From an uncultured Magnetococcales bacterium (lineage in GTDB: Bacteria > Pseudomonadota > Magnetococcia > Magnetococcales > CAYFNE01), in assembly GCA_964344355.1 (NCBI GenBank), contig CAYFNE010000019.1, positions 166 through 64,165 of the forward strand: a stretch of 64,000 nucleotides of DNA, given 5' to 3'. A program made the position numbers and the translations under genes. The notes below the pieces were generated by a model. It ran no database searches. It was not told where the DNA came from and saw only the letters and a list, made by a program, of their open reading frames with translations. Positions 8,906 to 18,949 of the stretch are shown in pieces (position 1 is the stretch's first letter; the number at the start of each line of letters is the position of its first letter).

Positions 8906-9994
8906 ATGGCCGCAAAGACCATTTTGTTGCTGCCCGGGGATGGCATCGGCCCGGAGATCGTCGCCGAAGCGCGCAAGGTAGTGGGCTGGGCCGCCGCCGA
9001 AGGGAATCTCTCCCTGACCCTGGAAGAGGGGTTGATCGGTGGCACCGCCTATGATGAAACCGGCGATCCCCTGCCGGCGGAGACCGTGACCCGGGCCAAG
9101 GCCGCCGATGCCGTGCTGCTGGGCGCCGTCGGCGGACCGAAATGGGAATCCCTGGACTATGCCGTGCGTCCGGAACGGGGATTGCTGGGCATCCGCAAGG
9201 AGTTGGACCTGTTTTGCAATCTGCGTCCGGCCAAGGTGTTCCCGCAACTGGTGGACGCCTCGACCTTGAAACGGGAGGTGGTGGAGGGGACCGACATCAT
9301 GGTGGTGCGGGAACTCTCCTCCGGCATCTATTTCGGATCCCCGAAAGGGGTGGAAGAGCTGGGCGATGGCCGCAAAAAAGGGTTCAACACCCTGGTTTAT
9401 ACCACCGACGAAATCAAGCGCATCGCCCGCGAAGCCTTCATCGTCGCCGGTTTGCGCAACAAAAGGGTCTGTTCGGTGGACAAGGCCAACGTGCTGGAGG
9501 CGACCGAGCTGTGGCGCGAGGTGGTGACCGAAGTCTGGAACTCCGATCCGGCCTTCAAGGCCATGGAGCTGTCGCACATGTACGTGGACAACGCCGCCAT
9601 GCAGTTGATCCGCAACCCCAAACAGTTCGATGTCATCGTCACCACCAACATGTTCGGCGATATCCTCTCCGATGAGGCCAGCATGTTGACCGGTTCCATC
9701 GGCATGCTGCCCTCGGCCTCCCTGGGCACCCATGGGGCGCTCTATGAACCGATCCACGGGTCGGCGCCGGATATCGTCGGGCAGGGGTTGGCCAATCCCC
9801 TGGCCACCATCCTGTCGGCGGCGATGATGTTCCGTCAATCCCTGGGACGGCCGGACCTGGCCGACCGCATCGAGGCGGCGGTCAACGGCGTACTGGACCG
9901 CGGTTTGCGCACCCGGGATATCATGCAGTCCGATTGCCGGGAGGTGGGTACCGTGGCCATGGGCGATGCGGTGTTGGCGGAACTGACGGCCTGA
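8906..9994 (+). CDS. leuB: 3-isopropylmalate dehydrogenase
   Basis: [46 protein letters not shown]. Confidence 0.97.
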   Translation: MAAKTILLLPGDGIGPEIVAEARKVVGWAAAEGNLSLTLEEGLIGGTAYDETGDPLPAETVTRAKAADAVLLGAVGGPKWESLDYAVRPERGLLGIRKELDLFCNLRPAKVFPQLVDASTLKREVVEGTDIMVVRELSSGIYFGSPKGVEELGDGRKKGFNTLVYTTDEIKRIAREAFIVAGLRNKRVCSVDKANVLEATELWREVVTEVWNSDPAFKAMELSHMYVDNAAMQLIRNPKQFDVIVTTNMFGDILSDEASMLTGSIGMLPSASLGTHGALYEPIHGSAPDIVGQGLANPLATILSAAMMFRQSLGRPDLADRIEAAVNGVLDRGLRTRDIMQSDCREVGTVAMGDAVLAELTA

Positions 9995-10071
9995 ATTCCA
10001 TCCGCGCCGGCGTCCTTCCGGGCGCGGCGTGAATGGTTCGGCCCTGAAAAAATTTTATCGAGGAATGAAAA

Positions 10072-11088
10072 ATGAGCGGTTACAAGGTAGCCATTGCCGG
10101 GGCCACCGGCAACGTCGGTCGGGAAATCCTGAAAATCCTGGAAGAGCGCGATTTTCCCATCGGTGATCTGCATCTGCTGGCCTCCAGCCGTTCCGCCGGC
10201 AGCCGGATTCCATTTCGTGGGCGGGAACTGCTGGTGGAGGAGCTGGACGGTTTCGATTTCACCGGCACCCACATCGGCCTGTTTTCACCCGGCGGAAAAA
10301 TTTCCGCCGTTCATGCGCCGCGCGCGGCGGCGGCCGGATGCGTGGTGGTGGACAACACCTCCCATTTCCGCATGGATCCCGACGTGCCGTTGGTGGTGCC
10401 GGAGGTCAATCCCGAGGCGATCGCCGGCTATAAACAAAAAAACATCATTGCCAATCCCAACTGTTCCACCATCCAGATGGTGGTGGCCCTGAAACCGATC
10501 CACGATGCGGCGGTGATCAAACGGGTGGTGGTCTCCACCTACCAGGCGGTCTCCGGGGCCGGCAAGGATGCCATGGATGAACTGTTCGAGCAGACCCGCG
10601 CCACCTTTTTGACCGGCGGGGAGGTACCGCCCAAGGCCTTCAGCAAGCAGATCGCCTTCAACCTGATTCCCCAGATCGACGTCTTCCTGGACAATGGTTA
10701 CACCAAGGAAGAGATGAAAATGATCAACGAAACCCATAAAATATTGGATCCCGCCATTCGTTTGACTGCCACGGCGGTGCGGGTGCCGGTTTTCAACGGT
10801 CACTCCGAGGCGGTTTCGGTGGAGTTGGAAAAAAATCTGTCCGTCGCCGCGGCGCGGGAGGTGTTTTCCAAGGCTCCCGGTATCATCGTCGTCGACGATC
10901 CCTCGCAGTTGGCCTATACCACGCCCCGGGAGGCGGCGGGCAAGGATGATACCTTCGTCTCGCGGATCCGCCGCGATGAAAGCGTGGAGAACGGTTTGAA
11001 CTTCTGGGTGGTGTCGGACAACCTGCGCAAAGGGGCGGCCCTGAACGCGGTGCAGATCGCCGAGGTGCTGGTTCGGGACCATCTGTAG
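10072..11088 (+). CDS. asd: aspartate-semialdehyde dehydrogenase
   Basis: VAIAGATGNVGRE, NPNCSTIQMVVALKP (active-site Cys), and full-length similarity to short-type Asd. Confidence 0.95.
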   Translation: MSGYKVAIAGATGNVGREILKILEERDFPIGDLHLLASSRSAGSRIPFRGRELLVEELDGFDFTGTHIGLFSPGGKISAVHAPRAAAAGCVVVDNTSHFRMDPDVPLVVPEVNPEAIAGYKQKNIIANPNCSTIQMVVALKPIHDAAVIKRVVVSTYQAVSGAGKDAMDELFEQTRATFLTGGEVPPKAFSKQIAFNLIPQIDVFLDNGYTKEEMKMINETHKILDPAIRLTATAVRVPVFNGHSEAVSVELEKNLSVAAAREVFSKAPGIIVVDDPSQLAYTTPREAAGKDDTFVSRIRRDESVENGLNFWVVSDNLRKGAALNAVQIAEVLVRDHL

Positions 11089-11134
11089 GAGGGGGGCCGG
11101 CGGATGCCGGACAACCTGTAAAAATTTTTTTCCT

Positions 11135-11167
11135 CCCCCGGTCCGGCTTGAAATTCCGGGCCGGGGG
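11135..11167 (+). terminator. GC-rich hairpin downstream of asd (possible terminator/attenuator)
   Basis: CCCCCGGTCCGG-cttgaaatt-CCGGGCCGGGGG forms a 12-bp stem with one G-T. No clear 3' T-tract. Confidence 0.35.
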
Positions 11168-11266
11168 GGCGATTGATTTCACAGGGATGTGGGAATGTGT
11201 ACGATTTTTGCATGAGACCCAGGGCTGTCTCTTGTTTCCCACCCTCGCAACCTTGGAACATCAATC

Positions 11267-14200
11267 ATGGGTCGACTATTTGGCAAAAACCCCGCTCAAA
11301 ACCCCGGCCGGACCGGCAAGAAAAGGGTCGTCCTGGCCTTGGCCGCCCTGCTGGCCGTTCCCGGGACCGCTTCCGCCTTCTATCTGGGCAACATCAAGGT
11401 GCTCAGCAACCTCGGCGAACCGTTCAAGGCGGAAATTCCCTTTGGACTTCGGGGGGATGAAGAGACCAAAGGGATACACACCACCATCGGTGGGGTCAGT
11501 GAATATGCGTTCCTGGACCTGCACCGAACGGCGGCCGTGAGCGGCCTGAAGACCGAGGTGGTGCGTAATGAAACCGGCAATCGCATCCTCATCTCCGGCC
11601 AGTCGCCGGTGGACAAACCGTTTTTCAATCTGTTGCTGAAAACCTCTCTGGGGCGCGGCTCCCATTTTCGCAACTATCCGGTTTTTATCGAACTTTCCAA
11701 GAAAGACAAGGTTCTGGCCACCCCGGGGGCGGTCCCCGGTCTGCCGCCGCCGCGGTTTTTGCCCGCCTCTCCCATTCCGGCGCCGCCCGCATCCCGTCCC
11801 CTCCTCGAAGGCAAACGGTATGGACCCATCGTCCAGGGCGAGACCTTGGCTTCCATCGCCGCCAAGCTCAAACGGGCCGATGGCCGGACACTCTCCCAAT
11901 GGATGGTGGCGATCTGGAAATACAACCGCGATCGGTTCCTGCAGGGCAACATCAACGGACTGCCGGTTGGGATGACGCTGGATATCCCGAATGATCTGAG
12001 CGGGTATGCGGTCGAACGGGCCGAGGCCCTGGCCACCTTGAAACGGCAATGGCGCATGTGGCGGGGGTTGATCCCGTCGGATTATACGCCGCCGGCCCGA
12101 ACCATCGATCCCGTCTCCGGGCCGGAGGCGAGAGGTCCCCTGGTCGGCCGGGCCGATCCCTTGGCCGATGCGCCGTTGGCCATCGAGGGAACATTGCCGG
12201 AACCGCCGGTCATCGACGAACCGGCCATGGCCGTTGAAGAGATCGTCCGACCACTGATCCCGGCGTCGGCGAAGGAGCCGGCGGCCCCCGGGGAAAAATC
12301 GGTCCCGGTGGAGAAAAAAGCGGTCGCCACCCGAAAAAAACAACCATCGGCGGGCACTGCCGAGGAAAGCTATGATCTGCGTCTGACGGTCGCCCCCCAA
12401 GGTGCCGACGGGGCTGGAGAGGCCGGATCGTCGGCCGTGGAACCGGAACGGACCGCCGAAGCGCCGGTCATTCCCGCCGAGTCGCGTATCATCCAAAAAG
12501 AGGACCTGGATCCCGGTCTGGTATTGAAACTGGATCAAAGTTTCAAGCAGATCGAGGCCCTGACGGCCAAACTGGCCGAGGTTTCCGCGCAACTGTCGGA
12601 GAAAAAAGAGGCGCCCGCTCAACTGGAGAGCCAGTTGAGCGTGATGCAAAAGCGGATTAGCGCCATGGAGGCCGATTTACGCAAGGCCCGGCAAAATATC
12701 GTTCATCAACGAAAAGAGGCGGACACCGACGACGGTTGGATGCTCTATGCGGCCGCGGCCGCCCTGGTCGTCCTGCTGGCCGGACTCCTGGCCCTGTACA
12801 ACCGCCGTAAGACCATGGCCCAGCGGTTGGAGTCCGAACTGGCCATGGCCGCCGCCTCATCGGCGGCGGGGGTGACGGCTGTAGCCGCCGTTGCCGCTGC
12901 GGATGAAGGGGGGGCCGAAGAGCCGCCGCCCCCGGCCGGGGAACCGGAAGCGGCCGTTCCTTCCTGGAGCCCCGAAACCGGAGAAGGGGGGGAAGGAGCG
13001 GGCGCCGACGAGGTCGAGTCCATACCCCGTTGGAACCCGCCCAGCGGTGACTTGGTTGTGGCCAGTGATGAAACCGGTGACGAAAGCATTCCACTGTGGA
13101 CCCCCGAGAACGACCTGGAGATCGGCGACGGCGTGGAGATTCCCGATCTGGGTGACGGCGGAGTCGAGGAGACGGCCCTGGCGGTGGATGATGCCGGCGC
13201 TGCCGTCGCTTCCGACAGCAGCGACACCAGCGTTCGCATTCCCGATCTGACCGATTCGGTCATGGAACCAAGCGGGGTGGAGGACATCTCCCTGCCCAGC
13301 GGACAGGAAACCCTGTTCGAGGATGGGACGGGGGTTGAGGAGATGGATGCGTCGGCGCTGGATGCCCTGGGTGTCGAAGAGGACGGAGTCGACGGTCTGT
13401 TCCTGTCCGGGGAGGGGGATGACGATGAAGCGGTGGCCGAAACCGTGCTCGCCGATGACGATGATACCGGTTTGGACCCGCTGCCGGCCCCGGGCACGGA
13501 AGCCGCCCCGGCCGCGGCGGTAACCGGGGTGACCAAGGCCCCCGCCTCCGCCGATGAGGCCTTGGAGTCGTTGGAGTTCGCCCTGCCCGATGAAACGCCC
13601 GATGCGGTGGCGGAAACGGTGCTGGCCGATGACGGGGAAGAGATCGAAAGTGTGGAGTTCGCCCCGCCGGATGAACCGATCGGTGAACCGGAACCGGCGG
13701 CTCCGCTGGTCGATGAACCCCTGGAGAGCGTCGAATTTTCCCCGGTGACCCCTCCGGCTGAAAAGAAGGCGGTGGTTGCCGAATCGGTCCTGGAGACGGC
13801 GGCGGGGTCCGGGGAGGAGGATTCCGACGCGGAAATGGAGGAAATTCCCGACGATCTGCTGGATGAAATCGGCGTGGTGGATGCCGAGGAGACCCTGCCG
13901 TTGGGGTCCACCCTGGCCACCATGGCCCTGGATGTGGATGACCGGGAGATCGCCACGGAGGAGGGGGACGATGACGGCATCGGCGTCATCGATGCCGAGG
14001 AGCCCCAGCCATTGGGTTCCACCCTGGCGGCTTTGCAGATGGATGGTGATGAGGACGGGGACATCGACGGGATCGTCACCGATGCGGATGATACCGGGGA
14101 TGAGGCCCCGGATGAAACCCTGCCGTTGGGTTCCACCCTGGCACTTGGAAAAAATGGCAAGGATTTGACGGTGGATACCAGCCCGGGGTCTTCCCTCCTG

Positions 14201-14416
14201 GACGATCCGGAGGAGGAAGAGGAGGATATCCTGGAACTGGATGACACCTTCCAACTGGATGAAAGGGATGAACCGGAGGAGAAGCCGAAAAAATCCAAAG
14301 GGGGGAAGAAAAGCGGCGGGAAAAAGGCCGGCAAGGATGCGGATGATGAGGATGATTTCGCCTTCGATCTCGACCTCGATCTGGTGCTGGATGAGAACGA
14401 CGGGGAGAAAAAATAA
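11267..14416 (+). CDS. fimV: FimV-like peptidoglycan-binding (LysM) protein with long acidic repeat-rich C-terminal region
   Basis: FimV-type N-terminus (LGNIKVLSNLGEPFKAEIPF). LysM-like segment (GETLASIAAKL...GLPVGMTLDIP). A central TM helix (WMLYAAAAALVVLLAGLLALY). Acidic C-terminus with recurring ETLPLGSTLA motifs. The leuB-asd-fimV synteny supports the call. Confidence 0.85.
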   Translation: MGRLFGKNPAQNPGRTGKKRVVLALAALLAVPGTASAFYLGNIKVLSNLGEPFKAEIPFGLRGDEETKGIHTTIGGVSEYAFLDLHRTAAVSGLKTEVVRNETGNRILISGQSPVDKPFFNLLLKTSLGRGSHFRNYPVFIELSKKDKVLATPGAVPGLPPPRFLPASPIPAPPASRPLLEGKRYGPIVQGETLASIAAKLKRADGRTLSQWMVAIWKYNRDRFLQGNINGLPVGMTLDIPNDLSGYAVERAEALATLKRQWRMWRGLIPSDYTPPARTIDPVSGPEARGPLVGRADPLADAPLAIEGTLPEPPVIDEPAMAVEEIVRPLIPASAKEPAAPGEKSVPVEKKAVATRKKQPSAGTAEESYDLRLTVAPQGADGAGEAGSSAVEPERTAEAPVIPAESRIIQKEDLDPGLVLKLDQSFKQIEALTAKLAEVSAQLSEKKEAPAQLESQLSVMQKRISAMEADLRKARQNIVHQRKEADTDDGWMLYAAAAALVVLLAGLLALYNRRKTMAQRLESELAMAAASSAAGVTAVAAVAAADEGGAEEPPPPAGEPEAAVPSWSPETGEGGEGAGADEVESIPRWNPPSGDLVVASDETGDESIPLWTPENDLEIGDGVEIPDLGDGGVEETALAVDDAGAAVASDSSDTSVRIPDLTDSVMEPSGVEDISLPSGQETLFEDGTGVEEMDASALDALGVEEDGVDGLFLSGEGDDDEAVAETVLADDDDTGLDPLPAPGTEAAPAAAVTGVTKAPASADEALESLEFALPDETPDAVAETVLADDGEEIESVEFAPPDEPIGEPEPAAPLVDEPLESVEFSPVTPPAEKKAVVAESVLETAAGSGEEDSDAEMEEIPDDLLDEIGVVDAEETLPLGSTLATMALDVDDREIATEEGDDDGIGVIDAEEPQPLGSTLAALQMDGDEDGDIDGIVTDADDTGDEAPDETLPLGSTLALGKNGKDLTVDTSPGSSLLDDPEEEEEDILELDDTFQLDERDEPEEKPKKSKGGKKSGGKKAGKDADDEDDFAFDLDLDLVLDENDGEKK

Positions 14417-14464
14417 CCGTTTCGCGTCCCTTTCCCGCCAGCGGTTCCCGTTCGTTGGGGTGCG

Positions 14465-15247
14465 GTGGTGATCATGAGCCCGACCCCATCGCCTTCGCAC
14501 CGGTTTTTACAACGGTGTGACCCACGGGCCAAGCTCGGTTTTTTTTTGTTGTTGCTGCCGGTTTTCCTGGCGCAACCGCCTTTTTCCGCGGCTTGGCTGG
14601 CCGCGGCCCTCCTGGTGGCGCTGGCCTGGATCGGCGCCGCCGCGCCGCCGCTCCGTCCCTCTGATTTCACCCGTTCCCTGTGGCGGTTGCGTTGGCTGTT
14701 TTTGGCCTTGCTCCTCACCCATGGCTATCTGACCCCCGGCGAACCCCTCTGGCCGGGGCCCCTGGCGCCGGCCCGGGAGGGATTGTCGGCCGGTTTGCAT
14801 CAATCCCTGCGCTTGATCCTCCTGGTCGCCCTGGCCTGGAGTTTGATGCGGACCACCACGCCCTTGCAACTGGTGACCGCCTTTCGCCGTCTGTTCCGCT
14901 GGCTGGAGGGAACCCCCTTTTCCCCACAACGGACCTGGGCGCTGCTGGCCTTCACCCTGGAGCGGATTCCACGCCTGATGCACATCGCCCGGGGGGTGCG
15001 CACCGCCATGGGGCTGCGCCTGCCACCCGGGTCCCCATCGGCACGCCTGACCCGGTTGGTCATGGCCGCTGAAGCCCTGCTGTACCGTCTGTCGCGGGAT
15101 GTGAGCCGCCAGGAGGAGGCCCTGCTGGCCCGGGGATTCAGCCATGGTTTGCCGCAACCGCCGTTGCCGAACGATCCATTGGGCTGGCGGGATCTCCTGC
15201 TGTTGGTACCGCCGGGGGGGGTGCTGTTGTCGATCTGGTTGGGATGA
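14465..15247 (+). CDS. energy-coupling factor transporter transmembrane (EcfT/CbiQ family) protein
   Basis: Polytopic membrane protein with a CbiQ-like N-terminus (DPRAKLGFFLLLLPVFL) and a conserved Arg-rich loop. No ecfA ATPase gene is adjacent. Confidence 0.65.
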   Translation: MVIMSPTPSPSHRFLQRCDPRAKLGFFLLLLPVFLAQPPFSAAWLAAALLVALAWIGAAAPPLRPSDFTRSLWRLRWLFLALLLTHGYLTPGEPLWPGPLAPAREGLSAGLHQSLRLILLVALAWSLMRTTTPLQLVTAFRRLFRWLEGTPFSPQRTWALLAFTLERIPRLMHIARGVRTAMGLRLPPGSPSARLTRLVMAAEALLYRLSRDVSRQEEALLARGFSHGLPQPPLPNDPLGWRDLLLLVPPGGVLLSIWLG

Positions 15248-15365
15248 GGGGGGAACGGTCATCCAAAACGGGATGCCTGGGATCCGATTGGTGCCGGTTT
15301 GGGCTTTGGCTTTGTTTTTCATGCCCCTTTCGGGGGGCTTTCCCATACCGGGGGCGTGCGGGTGG

Positions 15366-16526
15366 TCAGTAGCGTTTTTTGCACTTTGGACATCTGTTCA
15401 CATGACAGGCACGGCAAAAAGGTTTACCGCACTCCGTACACTCCGAGTGGGCCCCGGGAGTGACCAGGTGCAAGGCATCGTCACAGACCATCCGTTCCGG
15501 GGTCTGGGTAAAACTGTATTCACAGGGCGGCGTCTCCAGTTTGCGGACCAACGGATTCCAGTCCAAATGGAAACGACGCTCGCCTTTCCGCCGTTTGATC
15601 AACAATTCAAAACGATGGACGGGCATTTCCAGAAGCAGTCCTTGAACGAACGTGGTCTCAACGTTCAAAGCATATTTTTGCCGTAGATCGATCACCTTGC
15701 TCCGATATTCCCGTTCGATGGATTCCAGTCGTGTTCGATGACGCGCCTGACCATCGTTCCGTGTCTGGATGTCCGCTCCCGGTGTGTCTTTGGCCATCCG
15801 TTCCAAAGTTTCCCGGCGCATGTCTGAAAAATAGTCATGCAACCGGTCCAGGTCCCGTTCCTGTCGTCGGGCCAACCCTTGAATGAACCTCTCCAACCGG
15901 AGTTCCACCCGTCTTGAGAGAGTTCGTTGGAGAATGTCGAGTAATTTTTTTCGATCCCAGACCGCCGGCAGGTCCTCTTCCAACGGTAAATCGAATGATT
16001 CATGAAGAAGGTCCATCGTCTCTCCCGAAAACAGGGCGGGCCACAACGCCTCCAACAGGCCATCCATGGTGGCGCCATTCGACAGATTGAAACCGATTCG
16101 AACGATTCCCTCCCTTTTTTCCTCGGAAAGTGCCGTATAGCGGAAAACCAGCAGCAGATAACGGGTACGAGTCCGATTGGCCTTCACAAAACGGTAGGTG
16201 GCGTTTTGCAGCGACATCACATGTTCCAGGGTCCGCTCGGGATTCGATGGCGGCGAAAATCCGGAATTCAGGTTGAGACCGGTCCATTGTCCTTTTTCAC
16301 CGAGCAATTCCTGAAAATGGTCCAGCCAGTTCGATTCCAGACCGACCTGTTCGGCATTCGGCGGCAGTTCCGGTGAAAATCCGAGACGAGCCAATTCCGG
16401 CAGGGGAAGTACTTTCCGAACCTCTGGTGGAGAGAGCACTTCCAACCCGTTGGGCTCGATCCGCTCGATGACCGCGCCGGAATGTTCCAGCAGGTCGGCT
16501 GCAAAATTTCGTAACCGTTCGCTCAT
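15366..16526 (-). CDS. hypothetical protein with C-terminal Cys-rich zinc ribbon, partner of the SNF2 helicase
   Basis: 386-aa ORF whose ATG overlaps the helicase stop (ATGA at 16523-16526). A central Arg/Glu-rich helical region is present. The C-terminus is CTECGKPFCRACHVNRCPKCKKRY. I recognise no family. Confidence 0.75.
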   Translation of the reverse strand: MSERLRNFAADLLEHSGAVIERIEPNGLEVLSPPEVRKVLPLPELARLGFSPELPPNAEQVGLESNWLDHFQELLGEKGQWTGLNLNSGFSPPSNPERTLEHVMSLQNATYRFVKANRTRTRYLLLVFRYTALSEEKREGIVRIGFNLSNGATMDGLLEALWPALFSGETMDLLHESFDLPLEEDLPAVWDRKKLLDILQRTLSRRVELRLERFIQGLARRQERDLDRLHDYFSDMRRETLERMAKDTPGADIQTRNDGQARHRTRLESIEREYRSKVIDLRQKYALNVETTFVQGLLLEMPVHRFELLIKRRKGERRFHLDWNPLVRKLETPPCEYSFTQTPERMVCDDALHLVTPGAHSECTECGKPFCRACHVNRCPKCKKRY

Positions 16527-18859
16527 CCGGTTTCAAACTCCTGGCCGAACAGTTGATCATCCAGGGCTTTGACCGCCTCATAGCGATCCTTGGCAGCGGC
16601 CATCCGCTCTCCCAGGTCGGCGAAGGCCGAAATTCTCTCCTGCTCGGTGGTTTCCACCCAGGCTGAAAAGATCATCTCGGAGAATTCCCGCTGGTCGTCC
16701 ACCTCTCCCAGGATGGAGTCCACCTCACCCACCACCAGTTCGAACATGTTGATTTTTTCGTCGAGGATCGTCAGCACGTGATCCTCAACCGTGCCGCGGA
16801 CCGCCAGATTGAAGATGAATACTTCCCGGGTTTGGCCGATGCGATGGATGCGACCGATCCGCTGCTCGATGATCATGGGGTTCCACGGCAGATCGAAATT
16901 GATCATGGTATTGCAAAACTGGATATTCCGACCTTCTCCGCCGGATTCGGTACACAACAATACCGGAACCCGCTCCCGGAAGTCGATGATGGCGGCATCC
17001 TTGGCCGGACCGCTCATGCCGCCCTCAAAAGTGACGAATTCAATTTTCCGTTCCCGCAATGCCCTGTCCAGGCGTGCCAGGGTATCCCGGTGATGGACGA
17101 ACACCATTTTTTTTTCGGCGGGATTGCGGCGCAGCAGATCCAGCAGGGCCTTCTCCTTGGCCCCCTCGCCCAAAGACCGATAGCGGTCATGAAGCCCTTG
17201 CCAACGGGCGTCATCCCGACATTTGGCGGCAAAGCGTCCCGTCGCCCCGGCTCCGGCCGCCGGTGAGGAACCGGCGGCGCTCAAGAGATTGTGCAACGCC
17301 AGTCGATGTTTGGTTTTCCCCTTCTCATGGGCATCGCGAACCAGAGCGGTCAACGCTTCATAACAGGCCTTCTCCTCCCCCTTCGTCTCCAATCGCAGGG
17401 TTATCGCCTGACGCGGCGGCAGGCGTACATCCACCAGGGATCGGGTGTTGCGGACCATGACCTCGCGCATGAGATCCCGGAGCCGTTGCCGATTGAGCGG
17501 GACCCGGGGTTTGCGCGGGGTCATGTAGGCACTGCGAAATTCCTTCTCGGTCTTGAAAATGCCGGGCTTGAGCAGGGTCAGGAGGTTGTAGAGTTCCAGC
17601 AGATTGTTTTGGACCGGGGTGGCGGAGAGCAGGATCAAAAACCGTTTCTGGAGGGCATCCACCAGTTTCCAATTTTGAGTGGTGCGGTTTTTCAGATGGT
17701 GGGCCTCGTCGACGACGACCAGATCGAAGTTTTGTTCGGCGAGGATGGAAAAATGTGGTTTGCGGCGGGCGGCGGCAATGGAGGCGATAATCCGTTTTTG
17801 CTTCCAGAAACTCTCGGGTTCCTTGCGCATCAAGGGGTCATAACTGGTGGAAAAGGAGACGTCGAACTTGCTCTCCATCTCCTCATGCCACTGTCCCACC
17901 AGGGAGGCCGGGGTCAGGATCAGGATACGTTCCGCCATGCCCCTGAGGAGATACTCCTTGAGCGCCATCCCCGCCTCGATGGTTTTTCCCAGTCCCACCT
18001 CATCCGCCAGCAGCACCCGGCCCCGAAACTGCCTGAGCACCTTGCGCACCGTCTCCACCTGATACCAATAGGTGTCCACCTGTTGAAGAAGGGGCAGGCA
18101 GAGGAGCTCATCAAAACCTTGCAGGAGGCCCAGATGGGTCAGTTCCTCGCGCAGCCGGAACCAGATGATCGATTCCTGGCCGGGAACGGCCCGTGGCGGG
18201 GAGACGACATCCTTGCCGGACCACTCGAAGCGGACGGGAATGTCCGGATTGAAGCGGGGAAGATCGGAAACCTCGGGTGTGGAAACCGAAGCCGGTTGCT
18301 GATCGTCGGTCGTCGGTGCTGGAGATGTTTCTTTGGTCGAGGTGTTTTTTCCGGTCGTTTTCCCATTGCCCCGTCCAACAGTGGATTTCTTCTTCTCCGG
18401 CGATCGTTTTTTCGGTTCTGGCCACTGTTTTTTGTTTATTTTTCTTATCCAGCCCGCTACCCAGCGTCCCAGGTTCGGACAGCCGTGATAATAGGTGCTG
18501 GGCATCCAGTTGTTCAGATTCTCCTTGATAGCGATCTGTTGGGCGCCACCCCAGCGGCCCTTTTGAGCCGAAGCAATGGCTCGGAGGAGGTGGTCTCTCG
18601 CGTTTGGAATGAAACGCTTCGCCAGCCGTTTCTGGTAACGGAGACAGGCGTCGGGTTTTTCCTCCAACAATGCGGCCAGCGCGGTCAGGTTGAGAATTTC
18701 GCCATCGGTTGGGTGAGACTTCAACGCCTCTTCGGCCAGGCTGAGCGGATTCGCCTCGCGGGCTTCGAAAGCATTGAGAAGGCGTTCCGCCCATTCCCGG
18801 GCATCTTCCGGTTCTTCGTTGGCGTGCCCGCCATGAATATTGGTTGACCGTACGACCAT
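16523..18859 (-). CDS. SNF2/RapA-family DEAD/DEAH-box helicase with unassigned about 270-aa N-terminal region
   Basis: LADEVGLGKTIEAG (motif I), VVVDEAHHLKN (motif II), LSATPVQNNLLELYNLL, and helicase-C IGRIHRIGQTREV. Confidence 0.92.
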   Translation of the reverse strand: MVVRSTNIHGGHANEEPEDAREWAERLLNAFEAREANPLSLAEEALKSHPTDGEILNLTALAALLEEKPDACLRYQKRLAKRFIPNARDHLLRAIASAQKGRWGGAQQIAIKENLNNWMPSTYYHGCPNLGRWVAGWIRKINKKQWPEPKKRSPEKKKSTVGRGNGKTTGKNTSTKETSPAPTTDDQQPASVSTPEVSDLPRFNPDIPVRFEWSGKDVVSPPRAVPGQESIIWFRLREELTHLGLLQGFDELLCLPLLQQVDTYWYQVETVRKVLRQFRGRVLLADEVGLGKTIEAGMALKEYLLRGMAERILILTPASLVGQWHEEMESKFDVSFSTSYDPLMRKEPESFWKQKRIIASIAAARRKPHFSILAEQNFDLVVVDEAHHLKNRTTQNWKLVDALQKRFLILLSATPVQNNLLELYNLLTLLKPGIFKTEKEFRSAYMTPRKPRVPLNRQRLRDLMREVMVRNTRSLVDVRLPPRQAITLRLETKGEEKACYEALTALVRDAHEKGKTKHRLALHNLLSAAGSSPAAGAGATGRFAAKCRDDARWQGLHDRYRSLGEGAKEKALLDLLRRNPAEKKMVFVHHRDTLARLDRALRERKIEFVTFEGGMSGPAKDAAIIDFRERVPVLLCTESGGEGRNIQFCNTMINFDLPWNPMIIEQRIGRIHRIGQTREVFIFNLAVRGTVEDHVLTILDEKINMFELVVGEVDSILGEVDDQREFSEMIFSAWVETTEQERISAFADLGERMAAAKDRYEAVKALDDQLFGQEFETG

Positions 18860-18949
18860 TTTTTTTCCGCTTTTTGGGTTTTCCTTTGGATTCCGGGGGC
18901 GATTATTTCGAAAGCTATCGATGTTCCCGAAACATCGGGGCTTTCCCGG

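Noticed and set aside
9995-10071. Hairpin CCGCGCC...GGCGCGG after leuB as a terminator
   Set aside because: The stem is short, the loop is 12 nt, and no T-tract follows. This is too weak to call.
12745-14718. 657-aa Ser-rich ORF and 547-aa ORF (12857..14500) antisense to fimV
   Set aside because: These are shadow ORFs created by the GA-rich acidic repeat coding of fimV on the opposite strand. They have low-complexity composition and no start context.
17291-18847. 518-aa + strand ORF opposite the SNF2 helicase
   Set aside because: Antisense shadow ORF. The helicase motifs are all on the minus strand.
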